DNA of 64,000 nucleotides from an uncultured Gammaproteobacteria bacterium (GTDB taxonomy: Bacteria > Pseudomonadota > Gammaproteobacteria > JASBUN01): positions 592,813 to 656,812 of the forward strand of contig CAWKIK010000003.1 of NCBI GenBank assembly GCA_963849825.1. The letters run 5' to 3'. Each line of letters begins with the position of its first letter. Position 1 is the stretch's first letter. This document shows, one piece after another, positions 9,871 through 20,802 of this stretch. Below the pieces are notes generated by a model that saw only the letters and a program-made list of their open reading frames with translations, ran no database searches and had not been told where the DNA came from. Made by a program: the position numbers and the translations under genes.

Positions 9871-10092
9871 ATGGCGAAGGAAGAACTCATTGAAGTCGAA
9901 GGTACCGTAAGTGAGGTGCTACCCAACACCCGGTTTCGCGTAGAGCTGGAGAACGGCCATCAGGTCGCCGCGTACGCGTCCGGCAAAATGCGACGCTTCC
10001 GCATCCGCGTGGTCGCCGGAGACAAAGTCAAACTGGAAATGTCGCCCTACGATCTGAGCAAAGGCCGGATCAGCTTCCGCTACAAAAACTGA
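9871..10092 (+). CDS. infA: translation initiation factor IF-1
   Basis: 72 aa, near-identical to bacterial IF-1 ([13 protein letters not shown]...[16 protein letters not shown]...). Confidence 0.95.
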   Translation: MAKEELIEVEGTVSEVLPNTRFRVELENGHQVAAYASGKMRRFRIRVVAGDKVKLEMSPYDLSKGRISFRYKN

Positions 10093-10240
10093 TATTCCAC
10101 CGTTTGCGCGTGGATTCCGCACGCGCCCCTTCAACAAATCCCGCCGCGCACCGAGCGCCGCCGGTGGCCCGCACGGCGATCCCGCAGCCCCCGACCCGGC
10201 GCCCCGGCGCACCATAATTGACCCTGGCTATACTCAGGGC

Positions 10241-11044
10241 ATGCGCGCGTTATCCTGGTTATTGCTGGCGGTCTTCGCGCCGGGGGCCTGGGCCACGGAC
10301 TGGCCGCTGTTCGACGCGCACATCCATTACAGTCAGGACGTTTGGGCGGCAGTGCCGCCGGCGCAGGCAATCGCCCGACTCAAGGAAGCGGGACTCAGCG
10401 GTGCGATGGTCTCGAGCTCTCCCGATGAGGGCACGCAGATGTTGCGCCGTGTCGCGCCCCAATTCGTGGTCCCCGCGCTGCGTCCCTATCGTCGACACGA
10501 CGAACGGCGCACCTGGATGCACGATCCCGGCGTGGTGCCCTATCTCGAGCAACGCTTGGCCAGTGACCGATACGTCGCCATTGGTGAGTTTCACATCTAC
10601 GGTGCGGATGCGGAGTTACCGATCGTACGCCAAGTCGTGGCGCTGGCCCACGGACACCATCTGATCCTGCACGTCCACTCCGACGCCGACGCCATTGAAC
10701 GAGTGTTTCGACAACAGCCTCGGGCGCGCATTCTGTGGGCCCACGCCGGGTTTGAACAAGCGACGCGAGTGCGCGAATTGATGGAACGTCACGAGACTTT
10801 ATGGGCCGACCTGGCCTTTCGGCGCGAGATCTTCGCCAATGGCCGTTTGCTCACCGATTGGCGCTCGCTATTGATCGACCATAATGATCGATTCATGGTT
10901 GGGGTCGATACATACACGCCGCAACGTTGGCTGCAGGTGCAAACCGTCGCCGACGGATTGCGCGCCATGCTCGACACCTTGCCGGAAGAAACCGCCGAAC
11001 GAATCGCTTATCGCAATGCAGAGCGCCTGCTGGTAATCCCCTGA
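10241..11044 (+). CDS. secreted amidohydrolase-2 (TIM-barrel metal-dependent hydrolase) family protein
   Basis: Signal peptide, then a DAHIHY metal-binding start and HVHSD...HAGFE motifs. Confidence 0.65.
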   Translation: MRALSWLLLAVFAPGAWATDWPLFDAHIHYSQDVWAAVPPAQAIARLKEAGLSGAMVSSSPDEGTQMLRRVAPQFVVPALRPYRRHDERRTWMHDPGVVPYLEQRLASDRYVAIGEFHIYGADAELPIVRQVVALAHGHHLILHVHSDADAIERVFRQQPRARILWAHAGFEQATRVRELMERHETLWADLAFRREIFANGRLLTDWRSLLIDHNDRFMVGVDTYTPQRWLQVQTVADGLRAMLDTLPEETAERIAYRNAERLLVIP

Positions 11045-11256
11045 TCGTCGTCGATCGGCTACTGTCGCAACAAGCTGACACGATTATTTGATTCGCTAGC
11101 ACGCACATTTTCGATCCGAAAATGTGACCGCGATCGCATTTTGTTTTTTGTTCCTTGAAGCATCCCGCGGCCACTTGAGTCAAGCCCCCTACATCACGCT
11201 ACCATACACGTCCAACATGGGAAGCAACTGCAAACACACCAAATGCGCATACGGAC

Positions 11257-11976
11257 ATGACCGCTGATTCGGCCGCTACGCGCAATCCCACTGCTTCCTT
11301 TCAGCTCAAAGGCGGAATGATTACCGTCACCGCGCTGAATCTTCTTCAGGACGATCTCGAACGGTTCGCCAAAGAATTGGCCGCCAAGGTGCGCAAGAAT
11401 CCAGGATTCTTTCAAGGCATGCCCGTGGTGATCGATTTGCAGGCGATGAAGAGCAATGCCGCGGAAGTCGACATTCCGCGCATCGCGCTGTTGCTGGGAG
11501 ACCAGGGCATGATTCCCCTCGGCGTGCGCAACTGCTCCGAAACGCAACGGCAAATAGCTCAGGATTTCGGCCTGGCATTGCTGCCGGACACCGAAGGCGC
11601 GCGGCCGACACGCAGCAGCGCCGAACCGCAAGCCACGAAGCCCAAAGCGACGACTACCAAGGTAATCAACCAACCGGTGCGCTCCGGCCAACAGATTTAC
11701 GCCGAGGGCGGCGACTTGATCGTGTTGTCGTCGGTCAGCCCTGGTGCCGAAATCCTCGCCGACGGCCACATCCACGTATACGGGAGCTTGCATGGGCGCG
11801 CCTTGGCCGGTATCCAAGGTGATAGCGAAGCGCGCATCTTCTGCCGCAAGTTGTTTGCCGAACTGATCTCCATAGCCGGCACATATCGCGTTTACGAAGA
11901 CATGGATTCCAAACTGCGCGGCCAATCCGTGCAGATCTATCTGCAGCAACAGCAGTTGCTGACCGACCCCCTGTAA
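11257..11976 (+). CDS. minC: septum site-determining protein MinC
   Basis: MinC N- and C-domain similarity. Lies immediately upstream of minD and minE. Confidence 0.9.
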   Translation: MTADSAATRNPTASFQLKGGMITVTALNLLQDDLERFAKELAAKVRKNPGFFQGMPVVIDLQAMKSNAAEVDIPRIALLLGDQGMIPLGVRNCSETQRQIAQDFGLALLPDTEGARPTRSSAEPQATKPKATTTKVINQPVRSGQQIYAEGGDLIVLSSVSPGAEILADGHIHVYGSLHGRALAGIQGDSEARIFCRKLFAELISIAGTYRVYEDMDSKLRGQSVQIYLQQQQLLTDPL

Positions 11977-12014
11977 CCATTCGACCGGCCCCAACGCCGG
12001 AGAGGTGATTTATC

Positions 12015-12821
12015 GTGACCAAAGTTGTCGTCGTGACATCAGGCAAGGGTGGCGTGGGCAAAACCACCACCAGCGCCGCGCTCGGCGCCGGGCTCGCCCT
12101 CAAAGGACACAAAACCGCGGTAATCGATTTTGATATCGGACTGCGCAACCTGGATCTGGTAATGGGCTGCGAACGCCGCGTCGTGTACGATTTCGTGAAC
12201 GTGATCCAGGGTGACGCCAAATTGCACCAAGCGCTGATTCGAGTGAAAGGGGCCGATAATCTCTATGTGTTGCCCGCTTCCCAGACCCGCGACAAAGACG
12301 CATTGACGACCGAAGGTGTAGAGAAGGTCATCGATGAATTGAAAGAAACCTTTGACTATGTAGTTTGCGATTCACCTGCCGGCATCGAACGAGGTGCGCA
12401 TCAGGCGATGTATTTCGCCGACGAAGCAATCGTCGTCACCAATCCGGAAGTATCTTCTGTCCGGGATTCCGACCGTATGCTCGGTCTTCTGGCGAGCAAA
12501 TCCCGCCGCGCCGAACACGGCGAACAGGTCAAAGAGCACTTGTTGCTGACCCGCTACGCGCCCAGACGTGTCGCCCAGGGTGAAATGTTGAGCGTCGACG
12601 ATGTCAGCGAACTGCTCGACATCCCACTGCTCGGGGTAATCCCGGAATCGCAGGCGGTATTGTTCGCTTCAAACCGCGGCGTACCAGTGGTCATGGACGA
12701 AAAATCCGACGCCGCCCAGGCCTACATGGACGCGGTAGGACGCTTTCTCGGCGAAGACCTGCCGCACCGGTTTCTGCAGGAACAAAAGAAAGGCCTGCTA
12801 GGCCGCTTGTTCGGGAGCTGA
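12015..12821 (+). CDS. minD: septum site-determining ATPase MinD
   Basis: GTG start. Deviant Walker A motif KGGVGKTT. Full-length MinD similarity. Confidence 0.95.
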   Translation: MTKVVVVTSGKGGVGKTTTSAALGAGLALKGHKTAVIDFDIGLRNLDLVMGCERRVVYDFVNVIQGDAKLHQALIRVKGADNLYVLPASQTRDKDALTTEGVEKVIDELKETFDYVVCDSPAGIERGAHQAMYFADEAIVVTNPEVSSVRDSDRMLGLLASKSRRAEHGEQVKEHLLLTRYAPRRVAQGEMLSVDDVSELLDIPLLGVIPESQAVLFASNRGVPVVMDEKSDAAQAYMDAVGRFLGEDLPHRFLQEQKKGLLGRLFGS

Positions 12822-12823
12822 AT

Positions 12824-13072
12824 ATGAGATTATTCGAACGATTCCGCGCGGGCCGTAACCGCAGCGCCGCGCAGGCCAAAGAACGCCTGCAGGTCATTAT
12901 CGCCCATAGCCGCGCCGAACGGGATGGGCCCGACTATCTGCCGCGTTTGAAGCAGGAACTCCTGGACGTGATCAAAAAATATGTCCAGGTGAGCCAGGAA
13001 GACGTCAAAGTGAACGTCGAACACGAAGGCGGTTACGAGATTCTCGAACTCAATATTACGCTGCCCAAATAG
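12824..13072 (+). CDS. minE: cell division topological specificity factor MinE
   Basis: 82 aa. Starts MRLFERFR...ERLQVIIAHSRAER. Confidence 0.9.
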   Translation: MRLFERFRAGRNRSAAQAKERLQVIIAHSRAERDGPDYLPRLKQELLDVIKKYVQVSQEDVKVNVEHEGGYEILELNITLPK

Positions 13073-13118
13073 GGGCACGGCATGCGCGAATAGCCGCGGG
13101 CAGTGAACAAAAGGAGAA

Positions 13119-13484
13119 TTACGGTGTGTCGACCACTTCCAGGCGCTCGACATCGGCTAATGTGATCGAGCGCCCGTCGATGGTTTCGAAACTACGGCCG
13201 TGCACGGCATCCCGGTACACCGAATAGGTGCTGACTTCGCCGGTTCGCGTATCGATCACACGGGCGACGTAGATCCGGTGCTCGTCCTGCCATTGCACCC
13301 AGAACATGCCCGCACTCACCAGCAGTGCCGCCAACAACAGACCCGCGGGCAGCAGACGCCAATACCATGCAGGCGGCGCTGGCGGCTGCGGTCGTACGCT
13401 CGCGCCGCCCTGCGTTGAGCGATGGCGCAAATACATTACCGCGGCGATGATGATAAGCGCCGTCAACAGAAACTTGGTGATCAT
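13119..13484 (-). CDS. hypothetical membrane protein
   Basis: 121-aa ORF with two TM segments. No family recognised. Confidence 0.4.
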   Translation of the reverse strand: MITKFLLTALIIIAAVMYLRHRSTQGGASVRPQPPAPPAWYWRLLPAGLLLAALLVSAGMFWVQWQDEHRIYVARVIDTRTGEVSTYSVYRDAVHGRSFETIDGRSITLADVERLEVVDTP

Positions 13485-13629
13485 ATGGGGTCGCAGCCTA
13501 CCGGAATCGGCGCCCTTCGGGTAGGGCGGGTTATCAGCGGTGGCCCAGGATTGGAACTAACAGCCGACCGGGAGCGCGAGCGCGGAATCGCGCCGAACCC
13601 CGCACGGTCGATACCCATCGGGCCAACCG

Positions 13630-14016
13630 TTATCCGTACTGCTGCTCCAGATAACGGATGATATCGCGGGATTCATACAACCACGTGGCGTTGCCGTCGG
13701 CCTTGTCGATTTTCAAGCACGGTACTTTCGCGGCGCCGCCGCCGCGCAGCAACTGCTGGCGATGCTCTGGATTCCTTTGGGCATCGCGCGTCTCGATGTT
13801 CAAAGACATTCGATTGATCGAACGCCGCACTTTGATGCAGAACGGGCAAGTACGGAATTGATATAGCGTCAGGTGGCGGGTCTGCGCGTCGACCCGCTGC
13901 TGCTCTTCAGGGGTACGCACAACGCCCTTGGGCGTACTCATCTTTTCCCACAGCAACATGAATGGGCCCAAAACAGCCCGAACCGCCTTGAAAAAGGATC
14001 GAATCAGCCAGCGCAT
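13630..14016 (-). CDS. glutaredoxin-family protein (CPFC active site)
   Basis: LYQFRTCPFCIKVRR...KVPCLKI thioredoxin-fold pattern. Confidence 0.65.
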   Translation of the reverse strand: MRWLIRSFFKAVRAVLGPFMLLWEKMSTPKGVVRTPEEQQRVDAQTRHLTLYQFRTCPFCIKVRRSINRMSLNIETRDAQRNPEHRQQLLRGGGAAKVPCLKIDKADGNATWLYESRDIIRYLEQQYG

Positions 14017-14296
14017 TGGATTTTACCGCGGAGTTTAGAGAGCAAGTGCTTGCAGCATGCTAACGGTTTACGCCCCGGGCGTCTACTCGGTGAGCGACGA
14101 TGGCGGCCGCATGCCCCGCCCTACACTAACCGCTGAACGCGCCATGGCAGGCGTTCCGCGACCATTTCGTCCCTGGATTTCCGCGATTCGCGGCCCCTGC
14201 ACGGCACTGTTCATGCAAAATGATTGCATTGTGTTTCACCGTGTCGCGCGCACACAGCGGTTGATTGATTGACACGACCACCACCAGCGCGGCGCG

Positions 14297-15022
14297 TCAA
14301 TCATCGAGTTCGGGGTAATGACGAAAGATCCCCTCGTTGTTGAAAGGCAGACGCCTCGACGAGATCAGATATTCGGCAATACGCGGGCGAGCAGCGACGC
14401 GCTCGTGCAGCGCCAACAGTCCGGGTATTTCGCTGCGCAAGCGTCGCATCATGTTCGGAAACGCATATAGCAAGCCATCGACGATCTGGAACATCGAAAG
14501 ATCCACGTACGACAAGCTGCGACCGAGCATCCATCCGCGGACGGTGTTGCCGCGCACCAACACGCGTTCGAAATAGCCCAGCAGTTCGGGGCCGCGCTCA
14601 GCGGTGAAAAACTTCGCGCGCCGGCGGGACTCCGGTTTCTGCTCGTGATAGTAACGGGTGGTGGCCACCGGATGATGGGTATCGTGTACGTCGACGATGA
14701 AATCCTCCACCGTCAGTTGCAGCTGGTGCGCCCACAAGCGACCGCTTTCGGACTTTGCCACCAATCCGAGTCGGGGCCCGAGGTAAAAAAGTATGTTGGC
14801 GGTCTGGGCGACGATCTGTTTTCCTGCGCGAAGAAACGGCGGTGCGAACGGCGGCCGGACGAGAGACGACTCTCCCATCAATGCCAACATCGCCTCAATA
14901 CCCAGGCCCGGACCCCGCTCCCGGGCGACGTCCATGTAATCGGCGCCCGCTGCCTCCAGGGCCAAGCGTACGAATTCCCCCCGCCCCTGGATCGTCGGCC
15001 AGTAAAAGAGCTCGTATTGCAT
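14297..15022 (-). CDS. glutathione S-transferase family protein
   Basis: GST N- and C-domain pattern (YELFYWPTIQGRGEFVRLALEAAG...). Confidence 0.65.
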   Translation of the reverse strand: MQYELFYWPTIQGRGEFVRLALEAAGADYMDVARERGPGLGIEAMLALMGESSLVRPPFAPPFLRAGKQIVAQTANILFYLGPRLGLVAKSESGRLWAHQLQLTVEDFIVDVHDTHHPVATTRYYHEQKPESRRRAKFFTAERGPELLGYFERVLVRGNTVRGWMLGRSLSYVDLSMFQIVDGLLYAFPNMMRRLRSEIPGLLALHERVAARPRIAEYLISSRRLPFNNEGIFRHYPELDD

Positions 15023-15087
15023 GGCAAAGCCTCGCGGCGCGGAGGCGGCGCCCGAACCCAGAACCGCGGCGCCTGCCGTCGAATGTT

Positions 15088-16008
15088 TTAGAAGTTTTCC
15101 TGTTCTACTTCGAGATACGTACGGGAAATGTTGCCGCCCATCATCTCATCGAAATACGGCAGTTGGCGCCACGCACTCAAATCCAGCCGTTCGCGTATCT
15201 CATAGGGTTGCAGACCTTCCTTGAAGCCGGCCTCGATACCGTCATACAGCGCCGACATGCGCGCATGCATTGCCGCGGCATCGACAGGCGTCATCAACGG
15301 CCCGTGGCCAGGCACGATGGTGTCGACATCGGTTCTGGTGATCTCGGCCAACGTCGCCACCCAGGATTTGACATGACCGTCACGGAAGTTCGGCATCATG
15401 CGATGCACCAGGATATCGCCGGCGATCAGCACCCGGTCGTCCGGCAACAGTATCATGAGGTCCCCGGGCGTATGCGAGCCGCTCGGCATCCACAGAACCA
15501 TATTCACTCCCGCCAATTGCACAGGGACACGGCTTTGCTGCGAAAAAGTACGCGTGGCCGGTACTGCGTGCGTATGAGGAAACCGTAGGCCAGTCAAATT
15601 CTTCACCAACGAAATCCATTCCTGTTCCGTCTCCACCACCAGTTCACGACATTTTTCGCTGCTGATGATCTGCGCTTCCGGAAATGCGCTATTGCCGAGG
15701 TGATGGTCGCCATGGTGGTGGGTATTGATGACATGGCGGACCGGCTTATCGGTGATACGCTCGATGGCGGCACGCAGATGGCGACCGATAGCATCGGTAA
15801 AGCCGGTGTCCACGACCACTGCGCTGCTATCGCCGACGATCAAAACACTGTTGACCATGTACCCCTGGTTCTCCGGCGACGGTATACCAACCGGACCCAG
15901 TAGGGCGTATATGCGGTCGTTGATTTTCTGAACCTGGGGCGCCGGCAGATCCGCAACTGCTGCCAGGCACCACAGCGCCGACAAAAACACAATGACGATT
16001 CGGTGCAT
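15088..16008 (-). CDS. secreted MBL-fold metallo-hydrolase
   Basis: HHHGDHHLGN motif. Start ATG at 16008 has a GGAG Shine-Dalgarno and gives a signal peptide MHRIVIVFLSALWCLAAVA. Confidence 0.75.
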   Translation of the reverse strand: MHRIVIVFLSALWCLAAVADLPAPQVQKINDRIYALLGPVGIPSPENQGYMVNSVLIVGDSSAVVVDTGFTDAIGRHLRAAIERITDKPVRHVINTHHHGDHHLGNSAFPEAQIISSEKCRELVVETEQEWISLVKNLTGLRFPHTHAVPATRTFSQQSRVPVQLAGVNMVLWMPSGSHTPGDLMILLPDDRVLIAGDILVHRMMPNFRDGHVKSWVATLAEITRTDVDTIVPGHGPLMTPVDAAAMHARMSALYDGIEAGFKEGLQPYEIRERLDLSAWRQLPYFDEMMGGNISRTYLEVEQENF

Positions 16009-16174
16009 GTCCCATCTCCGGTTAACGCTCAAGCTCAAATGCTAGCGCAAGTCGATGCCAAATTGCAGTTCAGGCGCCCGCCAGGTCATTTCGTCTCGCA
16101 GCGTCCGGACAGCCCCGGAGCATCGGGGCGCCGTGGTGTATAGTAGCGAGCCGCGATTATTCGTTAACAACCCC

Positions 16175-16909
16175 ATGCTGCACCTGGAACCACTACAGAT
16201 CGCCTTCGTCGTCGTACTGTTCGTATGGACCGGCTTCGTACGCAGTGGGCTCGGCTTCGGCGGCGCGGCATTGGGCCTGCCGTTGCTGCTTCTGATCGAC
16301 GGGCGGCCGCTGTTGTGGTTGCCGATCATCGGTGCCCACCTGCTGTTCTTTTCGGCTTTGACTCTGCGCACCCGGCTTCACAACGTACATTGGCGGTACC
16401 TGCACCGTTCCGCTGTCTATGTAATTCCGGGTGCGATCGTCGGCGTGTTGGGCCTGATCAATCTGCCTACCCGCTGGCTGCTGCTGTTCATTTATTCCAT
16501 CACTTTGTTTTACGCCGTGATCTGGCTGATGAACTGGGCTATTTACAGCGAACGCAACTGGGTGGACAAGGTACTGCTGGTTTTGGGCGGTTACATAGCC
16601 GGCACTTCATTGAGCGGCGCGCCGCTGATGGTTGCGGTCTACATGCGCAACGTACCCCTGGCTCAGTTGCGCAACACGCTGTTCGTGTTGTGGTTCATCC
16701 TGGTCAGTATCAAAATGAGCACCTTCGTTGCATTCGGCATCGACTTGCATCTGCTGACTGCGGTCGCCCTGCTTCCGGTGGCCGCCATCGGACATGTGCT
16801 CGGTCTGCGTGTGCACGACTCGATCATGAGCAACCAGCGCCTGTTCCAGCGCTGGATCGGCGCCGGGCTTATGATCGTCTGCCTGCTGGGTTTGGCGAAA
16901 CAATGGTAA
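16175..16909 (+). CDS. TSUP/TauE/SafE family sulfite/anion exporter
   Basis: Polytopic, with the GxGGG TauE motifs (GFVRSGLGFGGAAL). The likely start is the internal ATG at 16175. Confidence 0.7.
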   Translation: MLHLEPLQIAFVVVLFVWTGFVRSGLGFGGAALGLPLLLLIDGRPLLWLPIIGAHLLFFSALTLRTRLHNVHWRYLHRSAVYVIPGAIVGVLGLINLPTRWLLLFIYSITLFYAVIWLMNWAIYSERNWVDKVLLVLGGYIAGTSLSGAPLMVAVYMRNVPLAQLRNTLFVLWFILVSIKMSTFVAFGIDLHLLTAVALLPVAAIGHVLGLRVHDSIMSNQRLFQRWIGAGLMIVCLLGLAKQW

Positions 16910-16930
16910 GGAGCCGTTCGCGTCCGTGTC

Positions 16931-19474
16931 TCAGTTGGCGATGCCGCCATGCAGTGCCCGCTTGTCGATCATCTTGACCTTGACCGGCTTCGCGTTCCAG
17001 ATTTCACGGCAATATTCGCCGATGGTCCGGTCGGACGAAAACGGCCCGCTGCGGGCGGTGTTGAGAATCGACATCCGGCTCCATCGCTCCTTGTCGCAAT
17101 AGGCTTGCCCAACCCGCTCCTGGCAGTCGACGTAGGACTGGAAATCTGCCAATAACATGTACGGATCATGGTGCAGCAGATTGTCGACGATGGGACGAAA
17201 CAGTCCGCTGTCGCCGTGGGCAAAACTCCCGTCGAGCAGCAGCGCAACAATGGCTTGCAACTGCGGACTGCTTCGGTACACATCCTGCGGCGAATACCCA
17301 TGGGCGCGCAGGGACTGCACTTCCGGGGCGGTCAAACCGAACAAAAAGAAATTATCCGCGCCCACCTGATCGCGAATCTCGACGTTGGCGCCGTCCAAGG
17401 TCCCGATGGTCAATGCGCCATTCATGCAAAACTTCATATTGCCGGTGCCGGAGGCTTCCTTGCCGGCTGTGGAAATCTGCTCCGACAACTCCGCTGCCGG
17501 ATAGATGCGCTGCCCATTGCTGACGTTGAAGTTGGGTAGAAACACGACCTTGATCTGATCCCGCAGGCCGGGATCGTGATTCACCACTTCTCCAACTCCG
17601 TTGATGAGCCGGATGATGAGCTTGGCCATGCGGTACCCCGGCGCGGCCTTGCCGCCGAATATGAACGTGCGGGGCGCAATATCCAGGTTCGGATTGCTCT
17701 TCAAGCGCAGATACAGGTCGATGATGTGCAGCAAATTGAGGTGCTGGCGCTTGTACTCGTGGATACGCTTCACCTGTACGTCGAACAAACTGCCAGGGTC
17801 GACACTTGTTCCGGTCTGCCGACGTAGGAAGGAAGCGAATCCTTCCTTCACGTTGCGCTTGACGAAGCGCCATTCGCGGCGGAAAGAGGCATCCCCGGCA
17901 TAGGGCTCAAGCAACCGAAGCTGGTCGAGATCCTTCGCCCAGCCCTCGCCTATGGTTCGGTTCAGCAGCGAACTCAGCCCCGGGTTGGAAAGCGCCAGCC
18001 AGCGCCGCGGCGTGACCCCGTTGGTCTTGCTGCTGAACTTTTCCGGCCACATGAGATGGAAGTCGGACAATACGTCCTGCTGCAACAACTCCGTGTGCAA
18101 CGCCGCCACGCCGTTGATCGCGTAACTTCCGATACAGGCCAGGTTCGCCATGCGTACGTAGCGCTCTCCTTGCTCGTTGATCAAGGACATGCGCGCCAGG
18201 CGGGCGTGATCGCCGAGAAAACGTGTGCGCACTTGGTCGAGAAAACGACGGTTGAGCTCGAAGATGATTTCCAGATGTCGGGGCAGAACACGCTTGAACA
18301 ACTCCAGCGGCCATTGTTCCAGCGCCTCGGGCAGCAGCGTGTGATTGGTGTAGCCGATGGCGTTGCGTGTGACGTGCCAGGCTTCGTCCCACGCCATGCG
18401 GTTCTCGTCCACCAACAAACGCATCAGTTCCGCCACCGCGATTGCCGGGTGGGTGTCATTGAGTTGGACCGCGAATTTTTCGTGGAATCGAACCAAAGGC
18501 ACCTGCTGGATGCGCATGATCCGCAGCATGTCCTGTAGCGAACACGAAACGAAGAAATATTGCTGTTGCAACCGCAGTTCCTTGCCCTGCACCTGTTCGT
18601 CGCTCGGGTAAAGCACCTTGGTGATATTTTCCGACACCACTTTCTGATTCACCGCGCCCCAGTAATCGCCGCGGTTGAAGGTGGAAAGGTCGAACGACTC
18701 CGGTGCCTCAGCACGCCAAAGACGCAGGGTGTTGGCCGTGTTGTTGCGGTATCCGAGGATCGGCGTGTCGTAGGGTATTCCGTTCACGATCCAGGCGGGC
18801 TGCCAATGGGCACGGTGGCAGCCGTCGTCATCGGTATAATGCTGCACCCAGCCGCCGAGTTTCACCGCCGCAACCCACTCGGGACGTGGAATCTCCCATG
18901 GGTTGCCGCGACTCAACCATTTGTCGGTGCGTTCCACTTGTTCGCCCGCGACGATGTCCTGGGCGAAGATGCCGAACTCGTAGCGAATGCCGTAACCGAT
19001 CGCGGGAATCTCCAATGTCGCCAGAGAATCGAGGAAGCATGCGGCCAGTCGTCCCAGGCCGCCGTTGCCCAAGCCTGGTTCCGGCTCCTGCCCCAGCAGT
19101 TCGTGCAGGCTGAGTCCCAGTTCGCGCAAGGTTTCGCGTACCGGCTCATAGATGCCCAGGTTGAGCAGGTTGTTGCCCAGGTGCGGACCGAGCAGAAACT
19201 CGGCCGACAGGTATGCCACGGTGCGCGACTGCAACCGGGTGTAGGTTTCCGCAGTACTGATCCAACGTTCCAACAGGCGGTCACGAACCGTGTAGGCAAG
19301 CGCCATGTAGTAATCGTTCATGGTCGCGAGTCCAGGAAACTTGCCCTGGACATAGAACAGGTTGTCCAACAAGGTCTTCTTGAGCGCGACCTTGTCGAGC
19401 CGGGTGCGATCGTCGCCCGCGGGCGGAGGCGGCGTGAGAGGCGCGATGGCGGCTTCGGTCATAGGAATAGACAC
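16931..19474 (-). CDS. glgP: glycogen/maltodextrin phosphorylase
   Basis: 847 aa with the PLP-lysine region EASGTGNMKFCMNGALTIGTLDGANVEI. Confidence 0.95.
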   Translation of the reverse strand: MSIPMTEAAIAPLTPPPPAGDDRTRLDKVALKKTLLDNLFYVQGKFPGLATMNDYYMALAYTVRDRLLERWISTAETYTRLQSRTVAYLSAEFLLGPHLGNNLLNLGIYEPVRETLRELGLSLHELLGQEPEPGLGNGGLGRLAACFLDSLATLEIPAIGYGIRYEFGIFAQDIVAGEQVERTDKWLSRGNPWEIPRPEWVAAVKLGGWVQHYTDDDGCHRAHWQPAWIVNGIPYDTPILGYRNNTANTLRLWRAEAPESFDLSTFNRGDYWGAVNQKVVSENITKVLYPSDEQVQGKELRLQQQYFFVSCSLQDMLRIMRIQQVPLVRFHEKFAVQLNDTHPAIAVAELMRLLVDENRMAWDEAWHVTRNAIGYTNHTLLPEALEQWPLELFKRVLPRHLEIIFELNRRFLDQVRTRFLGDHARLARMSLINEQGERYVRMANLACIGSYAINGVAALHTELLQQDVLSDFHLMWPEKFSSKTNGVTPRRWLALSNPGLSSLLNRTIGEGWAKDLDQLRLLEPYAGDASFRREWRFVKRNVKEGFASFLRRQTGTSVDPGSLFDVQVKRIHEYKRQHLNLLHIIDLYLRLKSNPNLDIAPRTFIFGGKAAPGYRMAKLIIRLINGVGEVVNHDPGLRDQIKVVFLPNFNVSNGQRIYPAAELSEQISTAGKEASGTGNMKFCMNGALTIGTLDGANVEIRDQVGADNFFLFGLTAPEVQSLRAHGYSPQDVYRSSPQLQAIVALLLDGSFAHGDSGLFRPIVDNLLHHDPYMLLADFQSYVDCQERVGQAYCDKERWSRMSILNTARSGPFSSDRTIGEYCREIWNAKPVKVKMIDKRALHGGIAN

Positions 19475-20161
19475 TCGTATAAGGTGTGCTCAATGCAGAG
19501 CAAAATCGATGCCCGACCGGGACATCAGCGGTCAACCAAAACTGGCGATCAAATCAAGCGAATAGCGCGTCGTATCGAGAGCAGCGGCGGCGGGACACGC
19601 CCCCCGGGGCATCGAATGGTGCATCCGTAAGCGCCATGCACCGAATCGGGACGCTGCGGCAGGAAACGCCATGACCCGCCGTGGAGCAGCATACGCCTAA
19701 TCCAGGATTGCCGCGTGAAAGTCCGAGCGCCCTAGTCACGCATCACGCGCCGCTACCGGCGGCGCGCTTTCGGTCTCATGCGTCCGTCGACTCCCTGGTG
19801 AATATCGGGCTCCGTCAACGGCGCCAGTGATGCTATGGTGTGTTCGGTGGCGCCGGCGAATCGGGCCTCGCGACAGCCTTCGCAGCGGGCCGCGATTGCC
19901 CGTGGGCGGCACCTTACCACCTGCATCCGTACGATCAGGGGGATATCCGCAGTATCAGAATCGATTGCCGTTTCGGTGACAGCATGATCGATATCCTGCG
20001 ACTTGGAAAACCACACTCTAACACGCGTGAATCACTTGCGGCCGTCAATCGCCCACTACCCGCAGGCTTTAGCGCCCACTACGCACGCGAATCAAGCCTG
20101 AGCCGATGAATTCCCGACCTCACACGCCGCTTTTCGCTCCCAACCGCACCGCACGACCCAG

Positions 20162-20725
20162 GTGGCGTCGAAAAGCAGCCTGCGGTGCCGATCCTGCCGT
20201 CGGGTTGCGACCATGCTGAGTCGCTGGTGGAAAAGCCGCGATGGTTTCACGGCACCGATATTGGCCGGCATTTTCATCGCGCCCGCCGCCGGCCGATCGA
20301 TGACCGCGGTCAGCTGCGCAGCAGCCGAAGCAGGCGCGGGAATCGCCGGCGATCGCTACAGCGCGCACGCCGGCTTCTGGAAAGCCACCGACGCCTGCCA
20401 GGTCACCTTGATAACCGAGCATGAACTGCAACGGGTACGAACACGCGACCCGGCGCTCCGGATGAGACTCGCCGCCGGTCATCATCGCCGCAACTTGGTG
20501 ATCCGCGGATTGACCCCCCAGCAGATCGAAGGTCGGTGTTTCAGAATCGGAAACGCGACGTTTCAACATCTCAAGCCACGACCGCCTTGCGGCTACCTCG
20601 ACCAGATCGAAGGCGCCGGCATGTGCACAGCGCTGGGGCGCAACAGCGGCATGTGTCTCCGGGTCGTCGAGAGCGGCGTCTTCGCGGTTGGCGACGCGGT
20701 CGAATTGCTCCAGACGTCACGATAG
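20162..20725 (+). CDS. MOSC domain-containing protein
   Basis: MOSC beta-barrel pattern (GDRYSAHAGFW...QVTLITEHEL...GENLVIRGL). The start may be the internal ATG at 20213. Confidence 0.6.
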   Translation: MASKSSLRCRSCRRVATMLSRWWKSRDGFTAPILAGIFIAPAAGRSMTAVSCAAAEAGAGIAGDRYSAHAGFWKATDACQVTLITEHELQRVRTRDPALRMRLAAGHHRRNLVIRGLTPQQIEGRCFRIGNATFQHLKPRPPCGYLDQIEGAGMCTALGRNSGMCLRVVESGVFAVGDAVELLQTSR

Positions 20726-20802
20726 CGAAACCAGCCGTACCCGCGCCGGGCGTGGCTCGCTGTCCCGGCGCAGCAAGCACGGGGCACCGCTACAACCGCA
20801 GC

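Noticed and set aside
11194-11994. 266-aa minus-strand ORF
   Set aside because: It is antisense to minC, which has clear homology and operon context.
19475-20160. A ~690-bp gap with small track ORFs (19753..20016 minus; 19840..20109 plus)
   Set aside because: No ribosome-binding site and no family resemblance. Most likely promoter or leader space for glgP and the MOSC gene. It could still hide an sRNA.
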